Positions 62,168 to 64,000 of a stretch of DNA of 64,000 nt are shown here, one piece after another. The first letter of the stretch is position 1; the number at the start of each line of letters is the position of its first letter. The stretch is from Malacoraja senta (lineage: Eukaryota): NCBI GenBank assembly GCA_038087875.1, contig CM075997.1:6574001-6638000 (forward strand), in the 5' to 3' direction. The translations under genes were made by a program, and so were the position numbers. Under the pieces are notes generated by a model. That model worked only from the letters and a program-made list of their open reading frames with translations, searched no databases and had not been told where the DNA came from.

Positions 62168-64000
62168 TTTGTTCCGAACAAGTAAAGACATAAATAGGAA
62201 TAAGTAACAACAACAAAATGGAAATAGTCAAACATTGGACATTCCAGGCAATATTTGCAAAGCAATGAAAAGCATAATGCAAAATTTAAATGTCCAACAC
62301 TTTTCTTTACAAGCTCGAAAAGGAGTGAGAAGAAGAATAACTTATTTAATCTCACCCCTTCTCCCTAAACCCCTCTTCCATATTTAATAATTAATTAATC
62401 AACAATAATAATACCCCAGACAATTTTTAGAGATACATACAGACATATATATATATACAACTGATATACACATACAAGTAATATGTATGAAGTAACCAAA
62501 AGACATAAATGAATAATAAATAAAACAATAAGTAAACATTAACCCCTGTTTGTCAACCATCCCCTTCACCCCTGTACCTTGTGAAAAAAAGGTTTTTGTA
62601 TGTCATTTTGAACTGGTTCATGTTTGGACATTGCTTTAATTCCACATTCAAACTGTTCCACAATCCTACTCCACAGACCGAAATACAAAAAGGTTTTCTG
62701 GTCGTGCGGACTCTTTGTACCTTAAAATTAAATATTCTTCTTAAATTATAACCCCCCACTCGCACATTAAATAATTTTTGTATATTTCCAGGTAAGTTTT
62801 TATTTTTGGCCCTAAACATTATCTGTGCTGTTTTAAATGCAACCAAATCTTCTAATTTTAATAATTTTGACTGTAAGAATAATGGATTAGTGTGACCCAG
62901 ATACCTGACCTTGTGAATAATACGTATTGCTCTTTTTTGCAGAATAGTTAATGAATATAGCGAACTTTTATAGTTATTGCCCCAGACACCTGCACAGTAA
63001 TTTAAATAGGGTAAGATTAGTGAACAGTAGAGAATGCAGAGTGATTTGTGATCCAGAACCTGCTTAACTTTGTGTAATACCGAAATGCTTTTTGACAGTT
63101 TGGATTGTACATGTTTAATGTGTGATTTCCAGCTGATTCTATCATCCATTATAACCCCAATAAATTTATTTTCATGAACTTGTTGAATTTCAACCCCATT
63201 TATCTTTATATTTACTTGTATATTTGTTCTGCAATTACCAAATAACATTATTTTGGTTTTGCTCAAGTTTAATGATATTTTGTTCCTGTCAAACCATGTT
63301 TTCAGTTTGCCCATTTCGTTTGTTATTTTGTCCAGTAGTTGTTTTAAATTCTCCCCAGAACAAAAAATATTTGTGTCGTCTGCAAACAAGACCAGCCTCA
63401 AGGCGTTGGACACATTACAAATGTCGTTTATATACATGATGAATAGTTTTGGACCCAACACTGACCCCTGAGGGACACCACAAGCAATGTCCAAACATGT
63501 AGAACTGTAACTGCCCAGCTTCACAAACTGTTGCCTGTTACTTAAGTAGCTTTTTATCCAATCCAGTACTAGACCTCTAATGCCATACGTTTCTAATTTG
63601 TTAAATAAAATATCATGATTAATCGTATCAAATGCTTTCTTTATATCAATAAATATCCCAGCTGCATATAGTTTATTGTCAATAGCGTTTGTGATATCTT
63701 CAATTGATTCTATTATTGCAAGTGATGTTGATCTGTTTGATCTGAATCCATATTGACTTTCAGTGATTAGTTTATGCTTTTCTACAAATATGTCTAGTCT
63801 ATTATTGAACATTTTTTCTAGTATTTTGGAGAATTGAGGGAGTAAAGAAACAGGTCTATAGTTTGTGAAATGATGCTTGTTCCCAGTTTTGTATATTGGT
63901 ATGACTTTTGCTATTTTCATTTTAATTGGAAAAGTACCGGTTTGGAAAGATAAATTACAAATAAATGTTAGAGGTTTGGAAATCCCCTCGATGACCATCT
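62120..64000 (-). mobile_element. L2/Crack/Daphne-type LINE 3' portion with open RT ORF (62553-63998), continuing past the window end
   Basis: Uninterrupted 481-aa ORF with [45 protein letters not shown] and FADDT. (AAAT)n 3' tail at 62120-62170. Confidence 0.85.

Overview
Vertebrate genomic DNA, most likely a cartilaginous fish such as a skate or ray. This is inferred from the CR1, V-SINE and Penelope repeat set and a two-exon GPR139-like receptor. The window is dominated by nested transposable elements: two full-length L1-clade LINEs, two internally deleted endogenous retrovirus (ERV) remnants, one full-length and many partial CR1s, a DIRS remnant, a Tc1 IR/DR element, a TIR-bounded MITE inside a Tx1 remnant, an L2/Crack-type RT, and Penelope-derived short elements carrying hammerhead-ribozyme motifs. 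Host genes are the last three coding exons of a sphingosine kinase 2-like gene (+, 23138-25725), tRNA-Asp(GTC) (-, 29276-29347) and a two-exon GPR139-like GPCR (+, 37955-40049). The most striking signal is an ERV remnant (-, ~46810-56300). Between its integrase end and its env-like transmembrane tail it carries two intronless cellular gene fragments, one CRACR2/EFCAB4-like and one thrombospondin-2-like, joined in frame, which suggests retroviral capture of host mRNAs. Also notable are a ~130-bp duplication flanking one L1 and a TSD-bounded palindromic array of five hammerhead motifs. All homology calls were made by eye, with no database searches. There is an assembly gap at 61229-61428.
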